A stretch of DNA of 63,715 bases, the filler included, from Reticulomyxa filosa (Eukaryota > Protista > Foraminifera): NCBI GenBank assembly GCA_000512085.1. It is 22 parts of 22 records of this genome, joined end to end, with 100 filler letters (N's around TTAATTAATTAA, not from the genome) between each part and the next. Parts side by side here need not be neighbours in the genome. Positions count along the whole stretch, not along the records: positions 24,131 to 26,197 come from ASPP01014325.1; positions 26,298 to 35,529 come from ASPP01028043.1; positions 35,630 to 41,440 come from ASPP01027644.1; 19 more parts are not named here. One strand, written 5' to 3'. The position numbers and the translations under genes were made by a program. The notes below the pieces were generated by a model. It did not search any database. It was given only the letters and a program-made list of their open reading frames with translations, and was not told the DNA's origin. Shown here one piece after another: positions 26,031 through 39,375 of the stretch (position 1 is its first letter; each line of letters starts with the position of its first letter).

Positions 26031-27499
26031 TTGATTTGTGCAGTTAAAAAACAAAAAATTTTTTTTACGTAACGTCAAAAAAAACTTGATGTTGTTTTTT
26101 ATTTTTATTTTTTTTTTTATTTATTTTTTTTTTTAAAAAAAAGATTGTTGAAAAAACTGGAATCTGATAAAAAAAAAAAAAAAAGGTCAATTGAAAGNNN
26201 NNNNNNNNNNNNNNNNNNNNNNNNNNNNNNNNNNNNNNNNNTTAATTAATTAANNNNNNNNNNNNNNNNNNNNNNNNNNNNNNNNNNNNNNNNNNNNTGT
26301 TTCCTGAATAACTCAATCTTATATAAACATTCTTTCTTTTATCTCATAACTCGTTTTACTTTGCTTAATTCACTTCCTCGATTGTATGCAATTTACTTTT
26401 TACTCATTTGAGCTAACGCGTTGAGCTATCGATCATTTTTTTTTTGTTTTTTGGTATATAAAAAAAAGTCATCATTCTCTGACAATTGTTAAAGTTAAAA
26501 TTATTTCATATTCACAAAAAAAAAGACATTTTATTTAGAGTTTGTAACTACTTTTTTATTTTTTAATATAAACAATAAATTTTTGCGTTCGACGCTCTTT
26601 GGCAAAAAAGACAAAAAATTATCAATATCTTTGTGGATTTTTATGAGATTATACGTTACGACGGGATTTGTGTCCCCTTTTTTTTCAAATAAGAGAAATT
26701 AAAAATTAAAAACAAAACAACCACAGTTGCAAAAAAAACAACAACAATTGAGAGGAACAACACACTACCTTGAATAGTTTCCAACGTTTGACTTCACTTG
26801 CACTAGCCCATCGATACTACAGGCACTTCAACTTTCCCGTTTGTTCGACAGATGATTTCTGAAGATCTATAGCATAATATATAATTGATCAAATTAAAAA
26901 AACATCAACTTGGGTTTACATTGTTTTATGCAATATCGTACAAATGGAACAATTATCAAAAAAAGACGTACCTATTGACTTCATTATGCGGCGCTTTGTT
27001 GGTATATGGACACTTCTTTTTTTTTTTGGATGAGTATACTTTTTAAAAGTAGCAGCATCGGCTCTCCACTTGACATCAAATAACATTCACTTGTTCATCA
27101 TTGAACAAATAACAAATATCAATGTGGAGGAAATGATATGCGCTTGCTTGTGTTGTGGCTCCACTGAATTCAATTTTTTGACATTGAATTCTAATCAACA
27201 ATTCGGTTTTGTGTTGCCACTTCTTTCACTTTGCACCGCCACCACTGCTGTTGTTGTTGTTCTATTGTTGCTGGTAACCCTGCACATAATGACAATAGGA
27301 CAACAGCATCTTGTCCATCTGCTTCCAAGTGAGCCCCAGACCAGAAGAAGCTTTCATATCGTATATTTGAATGAAGAGCTTCTTTCCATCATGGTTAGTC
27401 CACTTCCAAATAACTATAAATATTTTAGGCGACACATACACACAACAATATACGTATATCAATTTTATGTATGTTGATGTTAGTGTTATTGATTATAAA

Positions 27500-30400
27500 A
27501 AAAAATAGTTAAACTTTTTCGAATGATGGACCCAACACGATTTCGATGACAGAAAGTGGAGAACGCAGTTAATGATTTGCGCCATTCGGTTGATCAATTA
27601 TATAACTCGACTTGTGCGTCTTCTTTGTCGATGTTCAATATCTTGACGACTGTGACGGCTTCAAATTAGCTTTGTGGCAACGAGATCTTCGCGTTTCCAC
27701 TTTCTTTTCCTTTTGCCCAAGTTCTTGTGGCAACTTCATAATGCTGTTGCTGTGGTCGAGAGTAGGCAGAGTTCATAACATTTTTTTTAATCGTCGATTC
27801 CATCAGATACGGATAGTTGTTGCTGATACGTATATCTCCATAAAAAATTTTTGCATATCTTTTTTTTGCGATCTTCATTTTGATGGCCCTTTTCGATTCA
27901 GGTAATGACCTTTTCTATCAAGAGAGTCGACGATTGTCCAAAGACTATTTTTATGTTTGTACATGTAAGTTTTTTTTAAAGAAGTTTGTTGTATAATCAC
28001 AAAAACACAAGCTATTTATTTAGAACAACTTTGGACCTTTCTATGTATTGAATAACAACAATACCTAGCCTACATTCTTCTCGCTTTTGGCCACTCGAAC
28101 GACTTTCGTTGCAATCACATTCTCACAATTTTGCGACGATTACCACACTTTTCCGACTATTGTCCGTTTGTTACTTGCCACCAGAGAACTTTTTAATGGG
28201 CAAAGATGAATCCAATTGACAATGCTTGCGAGATCTTAAGTTTTTGCCAAGAAGTAACGTATCATTTGATATATTAAAAGCACATTGTCATAAGCGCGCA
28301 ATCTGATGTTGAACAATGGATAAGTTATGAATGTGATTATAGAAATGGGATATTTTATGTGAATGTAGTCGAAGTTATATGGAGTAATTGAGATTGTGCA
28401 AAATGTGCACTTAACGTATAATAGCTTGCACTATCGTAATGCGCGTTATTTTTCATATCCACAAAACGCAAACTAGTTTTTATGTGGACTTGATCAACTT
28501 TTTCACCACTTTTCTATCGCAATGCTGACGAATGTTCTAACGATTCATCAACATATTCTCCAACACGTATACAGCGTTTTCTACGTCCTTTTTCTCTATT
28601 TTTTCTCTTTTTCATCCTTTTGATTCCAAATTAAATATATAACACAGACAAGTCTCCAATTATATACGTGTTATTATTACATAAAAAAAAAGGATATTTA
28701 TACGATTTACCGCAACTTTTGCGGCCAAATGAATAAAATTAATTTTGATTATCTAAATACGCGCACACGATCCAATATCGAAGACAACAACTTGACAATG
28801 ACCAGGAACACACTTGCACCACTACTGAAGACCAGGAACACAGCTTGACAATGACCAGGAGTACAACTTTCAATGATCAGGAGCCAACATTTAATGACAG
28901 GAACATAACATTCAATCAGGAGCACAACCTTAAATGACCAGGAGCACAGCTTTCAATTATCAGGAACGAAACTTGCCAATTGCCATGAACACAACATCGT
29001 CAGCTGGGACAACTATAACATTCTAAATTGTACCACATCCAAAGCCAACATCTGACCATAATTACAACGTTGCCCATACTTCAATTGATATAAATTTATC
29101 AAACTTTTCTCAACGAACAGGGTCAGGCAGCAACCTATTTTTACGTATACACAACATCGCTTGTTTACATTATGTCAAATGTTTTTTAAAAAAAAATCAC
29201 AAATAAAAAATTTATACTTAACTTAAAAATTTTTAAAAATAAATTTTTTCTTTTTTTTTCATTTTCATTATTATTATTTTTCTTTTTTTTTCCTTTTCAT
29301 TCTTATTATTTTTGTTTCATTTTTTTCATTAATTTTTTTTTTTATTTTCATCTTTTTTTTTCATTTTTTTTTCATTCTTTTCCACTCATTTTTAAATTAT
29401 TTTTTCAATTTTTCACTATTATCTTTTCCCATCATTTTTTCAACTAATTTTTTCCCAATCATTTTTCCCCCTCATTTTTTTCCATACAAACATTTTGTTA
29501 AAAAAAAAAATTAACTTTGGTCGACGGAGTCAAGCTCCAATTTACAATCAATTTACTATTTTTTTTTTCTTTTCAAAAAACAACACTTTTTTATAAAACA
29601 GATTTGGCACCGAAAAAATTATTTTGTTGACGGGGGCATGCCTATTTACAAAAACAAGCAAGCAAAATAAAATTTTTATAATAAAACAAAACGTATAAAA
29701 ATATACAAACCCTTTCATTTTTATTTTCATGCAGGGTGGACTTCAACCCCAGATTTTTTCTTTGCAGTGGATGGAAGGTAAAACAATTTTTTTTTTAATA
29801 GGCTGGTGACGGCTGTTGTCAAACAAAACAAAGTTGAATATATTAAAAATGAATAAATTAGTAAATAGATTGCAAACCTTTGTGACTCCTTTCGGAGACG
29901 GGGGGCCGTACCCCATTTATCATTTTTTTTTATTTTGCAGAAGGATGTTTTGCATCCAAAATAATTTCATTTTTTTTTTTCAAATGATAGTCTGTTCAAA
30001 CACAAACAAACAGACTTTTCTTCCTCAGTTGAAAAAATATTAAAAAATACAAAAAAACCATACTGTTGCAGTGTTGGGTTGTGAGTGTAATATCACCCCA
30101 AATACAAGCTGGCACAAGTAAAGACGACAAAAAAAGAAAGAAAAAACCCTTTTTTGTTCAGCAAAACGTAATGTGTTTATAAAAAAAAAATGAAAAATTG
30201 CAATTTTTGAAATATTTTGATATTTTAGACGAAATTACTTAAAGAATTGCTGAAATTTTTGATAATATTTCATTTCTAAAAACAACTTATTGATACTTAA
30301 TTGAAAAATATAGCTACTTTTGGAATGAATATCTAATGGAATATTATTCACATTTTTTTTTGAATAATTTTTTTTTTGAAAGTGAAAAAGTTTTCCTTTT

Positions 30401-30505
30401 TTTTAAAAAAGTTCTGCTCTTCTCTCTTCAAACAAGCTAACAAGCCAAACTTATATAACATGGAATAACTCCTTCTCCAATGTATTCCTCTACAAAAGTG
30501 CAAAA
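27500..30505 (+). repeat. Degenerate dispersed repeat family A, copy 1
   Basis: Shares a pyrimidine tract, TTCAACCCC and CTCCTT.CGGAGACGGGGG..TACCCCAT with 44950-47120, 59690-60330 and 62186-63660. The left boundary rests on short word matches only. Confidence 0.7.
28791..28995 (+). repeat. Degenerate ~21-22 bp minisatellite, about 9 units (AATGACCAGGARCACARCTTTC-like)
   Basis: Recurring AATGACCAGGA / ATCAGGA cores at ~21-nt spacing. Confidence 0.85.
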
Positions 30506-31250
30506 GAATATGAACACAAAACTAGGTTTTTTGTGTACGTAATGAAAAATCACTGTCAAAATTATTTTCTTTCTTTTGAATAAATGCAAAGGTGTCGAAA
30601 CAAATTAGCAAATCAAACAAATATTTTTTCTCAGAGTTGCTCTTCATCATTTCCTGGCATATATCTTTAATAGTAAGTAAATTTTGACAGTTGTAAGTGT
30701 TTGTAATAAAGTGCAAAACGGAAACTTCAAGACGTAAAGTGACGGAGGAAGACAAGTTAGTCGAAACGGCCTGCAAACAATAAAACAATTTGCATCATTT
30801 CATTTTAATTTCGTTGCTACACCATCTGTGTTCATTTTCTTAATTCTGTTTGTTTCAACATTTTTTTCCTTCCATAATACGCGTTGATTTGCTGTAAATT
30901 GCTTCTTTATACCTAATCCGCAAGAAATAAAAAATGTTTTACTCAAATAAATTGGAAAAACTATGTATCTCGACAACAATTACACACGGCATGCAACGTA
31001 AAGTAAGAAAACTAAAAAAAAAATCAATCGTGGTAAACTAACTGATTTAAATATAATTAACAGCACAAGAGTGCTTCAAGAACACTGAACTTTTTCAAAA
31101 TTTGACTGAGTTTTCAACAGTGATTGATAATATCAAGTGTTGCTTGATTTTACCCGTTGCGATCAAATTGGGGTTTGCAACACAAATATTGGACGTTGAT
31201 TTGTATTCCTGTTCTGTTTTCTTGCATTTAACAAAACCGGCAGTGCTCAA

Positions 31251-32404
31251 ATGTTTATTAGAAAAGAAAATAAAAAAGTAATTTGCGAGCTCTTGTTCAA
31301 AGGTAAGAAAGAGGAAAGTTAACGTGTCTAATGCGGGGTGGATAAATTTGTTAATAACAAACAATGTACAGAGGGAGTATTATGGGCCAAAAAGAACTTT
31401 TTTTTGCCTCGCCACCCGGAAATTCCAGTTCCTAATTTGGAAGTTATCAAATTGATGCAATCTTTCAAATCAAAAAAATATGTTGAAGAAAGTTTCAATT
31501 GGCAAATATATTACTGGAGATTGACTGAAGAGGTTTGTTCTCTCTTGTCCTTATAAAAAGTTTTAAAAAATTGTTTATACGCGGATGCGCATTGTCGCTA
31601 TTGCGCAAAAAAAAAAATAAAATAAATTGTAAAAAATTACTGCACACAAAAAAACGGCGTGCTTGCATTGCAATAGGGCAAAAAATACTTACAAGAATAC
31701 TTAAACTTTCCTAATAATGTCGTGCCTAACACATGGAAAGAAGATGAAAAAATTCCACACAGAGAAGAAAGTTACTTAAACAAAACAATTAAATTACAAG
31801 TGTCAATTTTTTTTTTTTCTTCAATGACTGAACAGCAATTGACCTTGTTCAGCATTTTTGCCAATTTAATTGGCAACTTTCCAATTTTGGTTGTCGTTTT
31901 GGAAAATATTTAATGGCTTGTTGCGAATCATTGCCATTTCCATTTTTTCAGTTGTTATGATCCAAAAAAAGATAACCTTGAAAATATTTTTTCAATCATA
32001 TAGGAGAATTTGGCCGAGGTGGTGGACGATTCAGACGTGATGGCGATTTCCGAGGCCGTGATGGCGATTTCAGAGGCCGTGATCGAGGAGGTGATGACTT
32101 TTCTGGCCGTGGCCGAGGCGGTGACGGGTATCGTCGCGGACGCGGACGAAGATTTGACCGTTTTGATGGCAATGAACCATCTGGCGCCGGCAGAGGTGAC
32201 TCTGGAGAAGAAAGAGGAGGTGGTGGATTCCGACGAGGAAGAGGTCGTGGCGGGGACAGCGACTTCCGTGGTCGTGGCGGAGACAGTGACTTCCGTGGTC
32301 GTGGTAGAGACAGTGACTTCCGTGGCCGTGGGCCGGGCCGAGGAGGAGGCAGAGGAGCCGGACGTGGATCAGGTGGCAATGAAAGTGGAGGTGGTCAACA
32401 ATAA
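31251..32404 (+). CDS. RPS10: 40S ribosomal protein eS10 with long RGG/RG-rich C-terminal tail
   Basis: Exons 31251-31302, 31372-31532, 31677-31770, 32004-32404 join in frame (235 aa): [79 protein letters not shown]. Confidence 0.95.
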
Positions 32405-32711
32405 TTTTGAAAATCTCCGACTTTGATTTGCGTGTTGTGGCTGTGTTTGGTTTATTTTCTCTTTGACTTTAAAACACTTTTAACGCCACTTCACAATTAA
32501 AGATGAAAATTTTTGTCTCAAAACTTTTCCATGGCCTTAAAATTTTATTTTCCCAAAATTCAACTCCCAAAAAAAAGTGATTAAGCAAATTTAAAAAACT
32601 GAATTCATACTAATATCACCAAAAGAAAAACGAGTTCCACAAAAATTCGGAAATAAATAGATAAATAAAAACACTTTTAGACAACAAAATTTTTAAAAAA
32701 ATCGATCAGAG

Positions 32712-35442
32712 TTAAGTTGTTGAATAGTGCAAATTCATAATTTTTGCAACATCAGGTTCACTTGTTTGCATGTCCGTTGGCATGGAATAGTGACTTGAGT
32801 CCAAATTCGTTCCAGTTTTGTTACTGCTTGTGTTCGTCAACAGTCGTTGTTTTTTTCTTGCCCGAGGTCTGTATTCGTCAGGAATAGCATATAATTCGGC
32901 TAGATTTTTTACAGTTTGGCAATAGGTTTCATTTAAAAATGCTTCGTGATAAGGTCTCTTGTGGCCAATTAACGCTGGTCTTGTTGTAACATCGTTGTAA
33001 GAGTTCAATGGACTGAGATGCATTGAAGGCGCAAAGGGCATCGTCGGATACAATAGGCTCGGATTGTAACCCATTCCCATGCCTCCATACCCGCCAATTC
33101 CTGAAGGATGTGCCCCAATTGGACTGGGATTTAATGAGAACATGGGATGTTGTTCATGAGAAGGAGGATGAGAATACAACGATGGACAAGAATTATTTCC
33201 GAGAGGAGGAGGACGCACACTGTGCAAGGGCGACAAACACGTAATTGGAGTGACACCACTAGGATGAGGTTGGTGCATATATAAAGAGATATCTACTTTG
33301 TCTCCATGAGGGCTTGACGAACGGGTGGTGACAGTCTCGTTGGTGCTGGTCTGACTTTCATAATTGCTATCAGCAATTATCGGTATAGTTGCATCAACCA
33401 CGGTGTTTGGTATAGATGGAAGAAGATGGTCGTCTTTCGTTGAAAGAGTAAGTGGCATGCCATATTGTTCATTGCTATTTGACAATTTGCTATGGTCATC
33501 TTTGCTCTTTTGTGTTTTCTTGTTCGAGGATAGCTTAGTTTTATCAAGTGCATTTGCAAGTGGCGGAGCAACTTCAACTCTTTTGGAGGAGTGAGATGGA
33601 CTACTAGTCGCTTTGACTCCATGTTTTTCAAAAAAGCTTTCTCTACGCGCCCGTGCAATTGATTTTTTTGATGTGTTGCTTTCGCTCTCATTCTTTGTCG
33701 ATTGGGCTGATATTTGTTGAGTCAGGGTTTGGCCTTGCTGCATATTGCATTCTTCAACAACATCTCCTTTGACATCCGTCGACGAGGCGCTATCCGTTTT
33801 GTTTTGAGAAGTCGACAATGAACTGGGTCCGGTCACAGTGTCCAAAGTTCCGGAACAGTTCGGAAGCGAGAGCGGTAACAAAGGTGCGGATACGTACTTT
33901 CCCGGCTATTTTTGAAAGCAATATCATTTGCAAAGTAGAATATAAATTACTAACAAATATTAACACATTCCAAATAATCATAACACAAAAAATAAAAATA
34001 AAAATAAAAATAAAAATTTACCGAGCAATGTTGTGCATGATCCTTTTTATGAAAACTAAGTTGTTTGTTGTCATTGGTACGAGGCTCAAAGTCATCATCA
34101 TTATCATTGTCATCATCAGCACTATCATGGATGTCCAATAATAGCTCTGCATTGTCACTTTCTTTGAATAACTTGCACTTTTCCAAGTACGAAAGTATTT
34201 GTGGATCGATGTTTTCATTATACGTAAAGCGCACACCGTTGGGACTTTCCCCTTCCTTTAGCTCGCACATACCGTCCCCAAAAGAAGACGACGGGTCTGT
34301 CAGAGAGCCAAACTCATCGTCGTCACCACCACCATTGTTGTCACGCACATTAAGATCATTTCGATTGCCTACATTGGGAAAGTGATCTTGTCCCAAAGCA
34401 TCGCACTGTCGACGTTGCTTTTGATTTTTTCGCAAGCTGTCAACCAAAGGCTGCCAAACGCGTTTTCGAGTATTCGTAAACCACGTGTTGACTTGCTTGA
34501 GAGTCAGGTTGCACTCTTTTGCCAGCATTTCTTTTTCAAACTGTTTGGGGTAAGGATAGCGGACATTGGCTTGAAACCAATCGCGCAAAATACTGAGAGC
34601 GTGATTTGGCAAGCGTGTTCGATTGGGATCACTTCCCGTTTCACTCACACTGTCATTGTTGTTCTCGTCGTTGTTCAACCACTGCTCCCTTTTTTTGTGG
34701 TCGACAGCTTGATGCATTGTTGTTTTTTCTCCCTTTTTTTTCTTCCCTTTCTTCTTCTTTTTCTGTTTTTTTTTCTTTCGCTTTGTCGCTTTCATTACCC
34801 TTTGAGGTTGGCTGTTTTAGCTCGTCATCTATATTAGGTATAGCATTTCCTATTCACACAAATTTGCAATTTTGTTATTGAAAAATTTTGGTTTTTACGC
34901 TTGAAAGTTGGGAGAAAAAAAAAAAAGAAAAGGGTGGCGATTTATGTGTGAAGTATACGTAAGAAAAAAGGGATGCACAGTTTTTGTCTTTTGACTGCTT
35001 AAAAAAAAAAAAAAAAAAAAAAATGAACAAGTTTTGTTGTTTGGCCATAACTTGTGTTATTATTGACAAGTTGTGAATGTACGGAATGTTCGTGTTGTTT
35101 GAGTGCTTCTTGCATTGTGTCCACAACACAAGTCTTGGAAGCAAACAGTTGGATGCAATCATTGGACTGCACTTCCGACGGCTTTGTTTTGTATGATACG
35201 CTGACTTTCATTAACTCTTCATTGCTAGTGTACGTCGCCTCGTCATCGGCCGTCCACACAATTTCTTTTTTCGTCGGAACCAAATTCGAGCATAATTTGT
35301 CCACGTAGCAACTTACTATATTCGCATACATTATGTCTTTGCTTGCCTCCTGTCGTTTTTGTGCACTTGCTATACTTCTGTTCGTGTAGTTCCCGTCATC
35401 ATCCGCGATGTCATTGGGAAACGTTAGTGCTGGCACATCCAT
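32712..35442 (-). CDS. TALE-class homeodomain transcription factor (multi-exon)
   Basis: RTRLPNHALSILRDWFQANVRYPYPKQFEKEMLAKECNLTLKQVNTWFTNTRKRVW (PYP loop, WF.N.RKR) at ~34455-34625; flanking ORFs 34999-35442 and 32712-33881 are on the same strand and separated by intron-like gaps. Confidence 0.88.
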
Positions 35443-35725
35443 AAGATTTGTTGCTTAATGCAATTATTTTTTTTTTTTTTTAATACCAAAGACATTTTTT
35501 TAATAACTTAAAAAAAAAAAAAAAAAAAANNNNNNNNNNNNNNNNNNNNNNNNNNNNNNNNNNNNNNNNNNNNTTAATTAATTAANNNNNNNNNNNNNNN
35601 NNNNNNNNNNNNNNNNNNNNNNNNNNNNNATATATATATATGTATATATGAAATTGAATTTTTTTTTTTTAAGTTATAAAGTTTTTGGTGAAAAAAAAAT
35701 GTGTCTGTGTTGAAATGAGATATAG

Positions 35726-36213
35726 TTGGCGTTGCAAGATCGATTCACTTATTCGGGAACGAAGTCGCAGATAATGTTTGCGATGCATAATACATGTGCG
35801 TTGCATCAACCTCCGATGAAGCATGGATTCGACGAGAAAGCGCAGAAGAAAGTGATGGTGTATGAGGAAGGGGTGGACACGGCGTATGGATATCGGTGGA
35901 TATCGAACAAGTCGTTTGAGTGGATACTACAGATCGAAGGACAGCCCAAGTTTATGACAATAGGCATTTGGGGACAAGCAGGCAACAATGAGGTGGAGTT
36001 GAAGTCGGGGCCCTTTTCCAGTGAGTTTGACAAAACCAAATACGGATATGGCATTACTGGCTTTGGCGAAGCTGTTCACAATATCATCGCCCACACGTCC
36101 ACTGATCCCAACATTTTGGGAAAAAGCTTGACTGAAGCAAAAGCAAAGACGACCACAACAAACACGACTACTATTTTGCGTAAAGACAATCTTCCTTTGA
36201 ACATCACTACTGC

Positions 36214-36254
<41 letters not shown>

Positions 36255-37672
36255 GCAACATGTACTCAATTGGGATAACAATGAAACCTGAGTTAATTGA
36301 TGAATTGGACTTCCAAACGAATGAACAACACGCGAATGACAGCACTGCGCCCAAGTACTGCAGTGGATTCAGCCAACACGATATTGTTGCAGTTCGCTTG
36401 AACTTGGAAACGAGGACTCTGTCTTTTGCCAGAAACGGAAAAGACTTGGGAGTCGCCTTTCATGACATTTTCGTCGGCAGAGATTTTGGATATCGCTTGG
36501 CCGTCAAAATGAGGAAAAAGGGATGCAAATTATGGATTTTGGCCGCACATCCTTATGTTCGTGCTTCTTTCTTTTTTTTTTATATTTTTTATATTTGTAT
36601 ACTTATTAATAAAAGTAAGTGTATTCATACATATTTATATTATGTGCTTTTTTAAAATAAAAAAAGAAAGTAGAAGAAAAAATTGAATTGGAGTCAGTAA
36701 GTCGTAATGGAATTCAAAAGGATGATATAAAATTGGAAGAGGAAAACGGCTCTTCCGCTTCACAAATGTTTGATCCGAGTTTGCCTATTCAGCACAAACA
36801 GCTGTTCCCCTACTTAAACGATTTGAAGAAAAATATGAGCACTGCCGCCAAAACAATTGACTTAATTTGTGAAAGAATGCAAAAAATCCGTACTTTCAGT
36901 TGCGCCACATTGTATTGTGTACAATATTTATGTATGTGTATATATATATATATAAATTAGAAAGAATGCAAGGACAACAGTCGATGATATCGACCGGCAA
37001 ATCAAATCCGAGTGCTCACTCTCCACGTGACGATGGACAGAATAAGACCAAGGAATTGCCTCGAGAATTGGCAATGTATGAATCGCTGTTGAGATTGCCC
37101 GAGCTAATAAAAGCGAAAGAAATGAGTGAGTCTGTGTATAACAATGACATCATGTTTCGGAAATCGGTGAGCAAATGGGTGAATATCATCCAACCCAGTA
37201 TGAAGATACACTTTTCCTCGTGGAAAACGTGGACCAGTGATGACATTGCCGATTGGATCGTTGGCTTGGAAAACGGGAGATTTAGCAGATATGGATCTGT
37301 CATGCGACAGGAAATGAAAACTGCCAAAGTCGAAGGTAGGCATTTGCCTATGCTCACTCAAAACATCACTTATTTGCAAAGATTTGGTATTGTCGAATTT
37401 GATGAAGAAATTGCCTTGCAAAAACATATTCAAGTTCATTTGCTTTTTCTCTTTTCTTTTGAATGTGCTTGCATATCTATATTACTATTAAACTAATATT
37501 ATTTCCACTCCTTATAGCAATTAATCGATGGAAAGCTTGTTGTCAGTGATGATATCACTTCCAATAATAACTCCAATTCTCTTGGGCCATACAAGGCAAA
37601 TAGTGATGCACAAAAACTTCAAAGACTCCAAAATATTACCAGCAAAGATGAAGTTGAAGACATGTTTTCGTA
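35726..37672 (+). CDS. SPRY-like + SAM domain protein (multi-exon, 5' truncated)
   Basis: SPRY: GFSQHDIVAVRLNLETRTLSFARNGKDLGVAFHDI. SAM: WKTWTSDDIADWI..FSRY..KVEGRHLPML..LQRFGI..LQKHIQ. Confidence 0.8.
36213..36253 (+). repeat. (AAT)n microsatellite encoding poly-Asn
   Basis: About 13 perfect AAT units inside the SPRY exon. Confidence 0.9.
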
Positions 37673-38138
37673 AGTTAACCCCTTCTTCATATTGTATTTT
37701 TCTTTTTCTGCAATGTCATTGATCAATCAATTGCTTTATATTTTTCTCTGCAAGAAAATCAAAGTCAATAAATTTTTGTATATTTTTGCTTCATAAGTTT
37801 ATTGGTCCAGATTCTATTGAAATATTGGACATGTTTTTAGTTTATGAAATTCACAAGTCCCTACTTCTATTTGTCGATAAGAGGAACTATTATCGATTGA
37901 ATAATGTCAAACAAAGAATTACTCATTTTAAAAATTTTGTGATGCTGAAATTATTTCATCAAAACTTTAAACTTCTAGTAATTTGAAAGATGGACCAACA
38001 TGCTATGAAATATTGACAATATCCAATGAAATTTTGTTGCTGCGATAGTTTTTCAAAGCCAATTTCTTGTTGAAAAAGATTGCAAACAGTTGGTGGCGTT
38101 GAACGCGAAATTGTTGACATTCCCTTTTTCCAAAAACA

Positions 38139-39375
38139 ATGTACACAAAATCAGCTTGTCGGCGTTTGCCTCATACAAATCAATCTTATTTTCCTCATAC
38201 TACCTTCATACGACCATTTTTTCCTGCTTCGCAGCCCTATTTGTCGCCATCATATCTTGGAGGACCAAATGGTTTTCCACACGTTTCCAGCACCACTTCA
38301 CAACTGGGCATATCCAATCAAATTGGAAAAAGGTAATCCGAAAGAAAGGCGCACGATCCAAACTACGATGGTCATCTTGGTCATGGTGAAAAAGTTGAAA
38401 ATCCGGCAAGACGATCGCGAGGAGGTCGTTACAATTACTTTGATTGGGACACTCTCGTGCGTTGCATAAAAAACTGTCCATCCGTCATCGAAAGAGATCG
38501 CATGCCAAATGGCCACGAACTGGAATATCATTATAAAGGAGCTTCAATAGGTGTCTTATCAGAACAGACAATCACACACACACACACTTCCAACGTATCT
38601 CTTTTTTATTTATTTATTTTTTTAAGTTTACAATGTTTGCTTTTTTTTTTAAAAAAAAAAGGGGTAAATCATCATGGAGGATTTGATATAGTAGCACAGA
38701 CATTAAACTTAAGTCCTTGCCGATCTTATATATATTCGGAGGAAGAATATCCAGTTTGGATTGAGGAACTTCGAATGATAGAAAAAGCGAAAGACTTTAA
38801 AAAAAATGAAAACCTAAAAATAAGTGCGCATCGACACATATTGCCACCGTATTTACAAAACGGACTGAATAGTGAGTTAGTAAATATCAAAGGCAAAAAA
38901 CTAGTAATAATGACAAACGCCGATTGATTAAACAAATCTACTCAAAATTGAACATACGTCTCCATGCAATGGACTTGCGCAAGAAAAAAGCAGCAGAAAC
39001 GGCATGGAAGAATTATAAGCAAAATTACGTACCAAAATTAAAGAAGAAGAACAACGGATTTTATCGCATCCCAAATTCAATGGCAAGTTTGATGGACTTT
39101 TACAAAGTGCACAAGAACAAAATAAGTCCTATGATGACAGATATGTTCAGGTCAATGAAGGCCATAAACATGAACATATCTTGTTACATCAGTATGAAAA
39201 GGGTCATTTATTATCAGAGGAAGAAAAAGAAGCCATTGATCCAAAAACATGGAAGGGAAAAGCTAAAAAAGTTTGGAGAGATTATAAAACCAATAGACAA
39301 AATAAAAAGCTGGCCAAAAAAAAGAAGCAGGCTGACACCATCACTCCTGTCAAACAGAGTGATGACTTGCCTTAA
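38139..39375 (+). CDS. Hypothetical basic protein, possibly mitochondrial (frameshifts, one likely intron)
   Basis: Overlapping ORFs 38139-38336, 38457-38927, 38924-, 39181-39375 can be chained across apparent frameshifts; N-terminus is Arg/Ser/Pro-rich and acid-poor. Confidence 0.4.

Noticed and set aside
28791-28995. CRISPR array
   Set aside because: Units are contiguous and degenerate with no unique spacers, no cas genes, and the context is eukaryotic.
29733-29752. tRNA B-box-like GGTTGAAGTCC (minus strand), suggesting a tRNA or SINE head
   Set aside because: Lacks the invariant TTC, no A-box or cloverleaf found, and it is degenerate in copy 2.
31996-32426. Pro/Arg-rich minus ORF and Val/Glu-rich plus ORF
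   Set aside because: Alternative readings of the RGG-coding last exon of RPS10.
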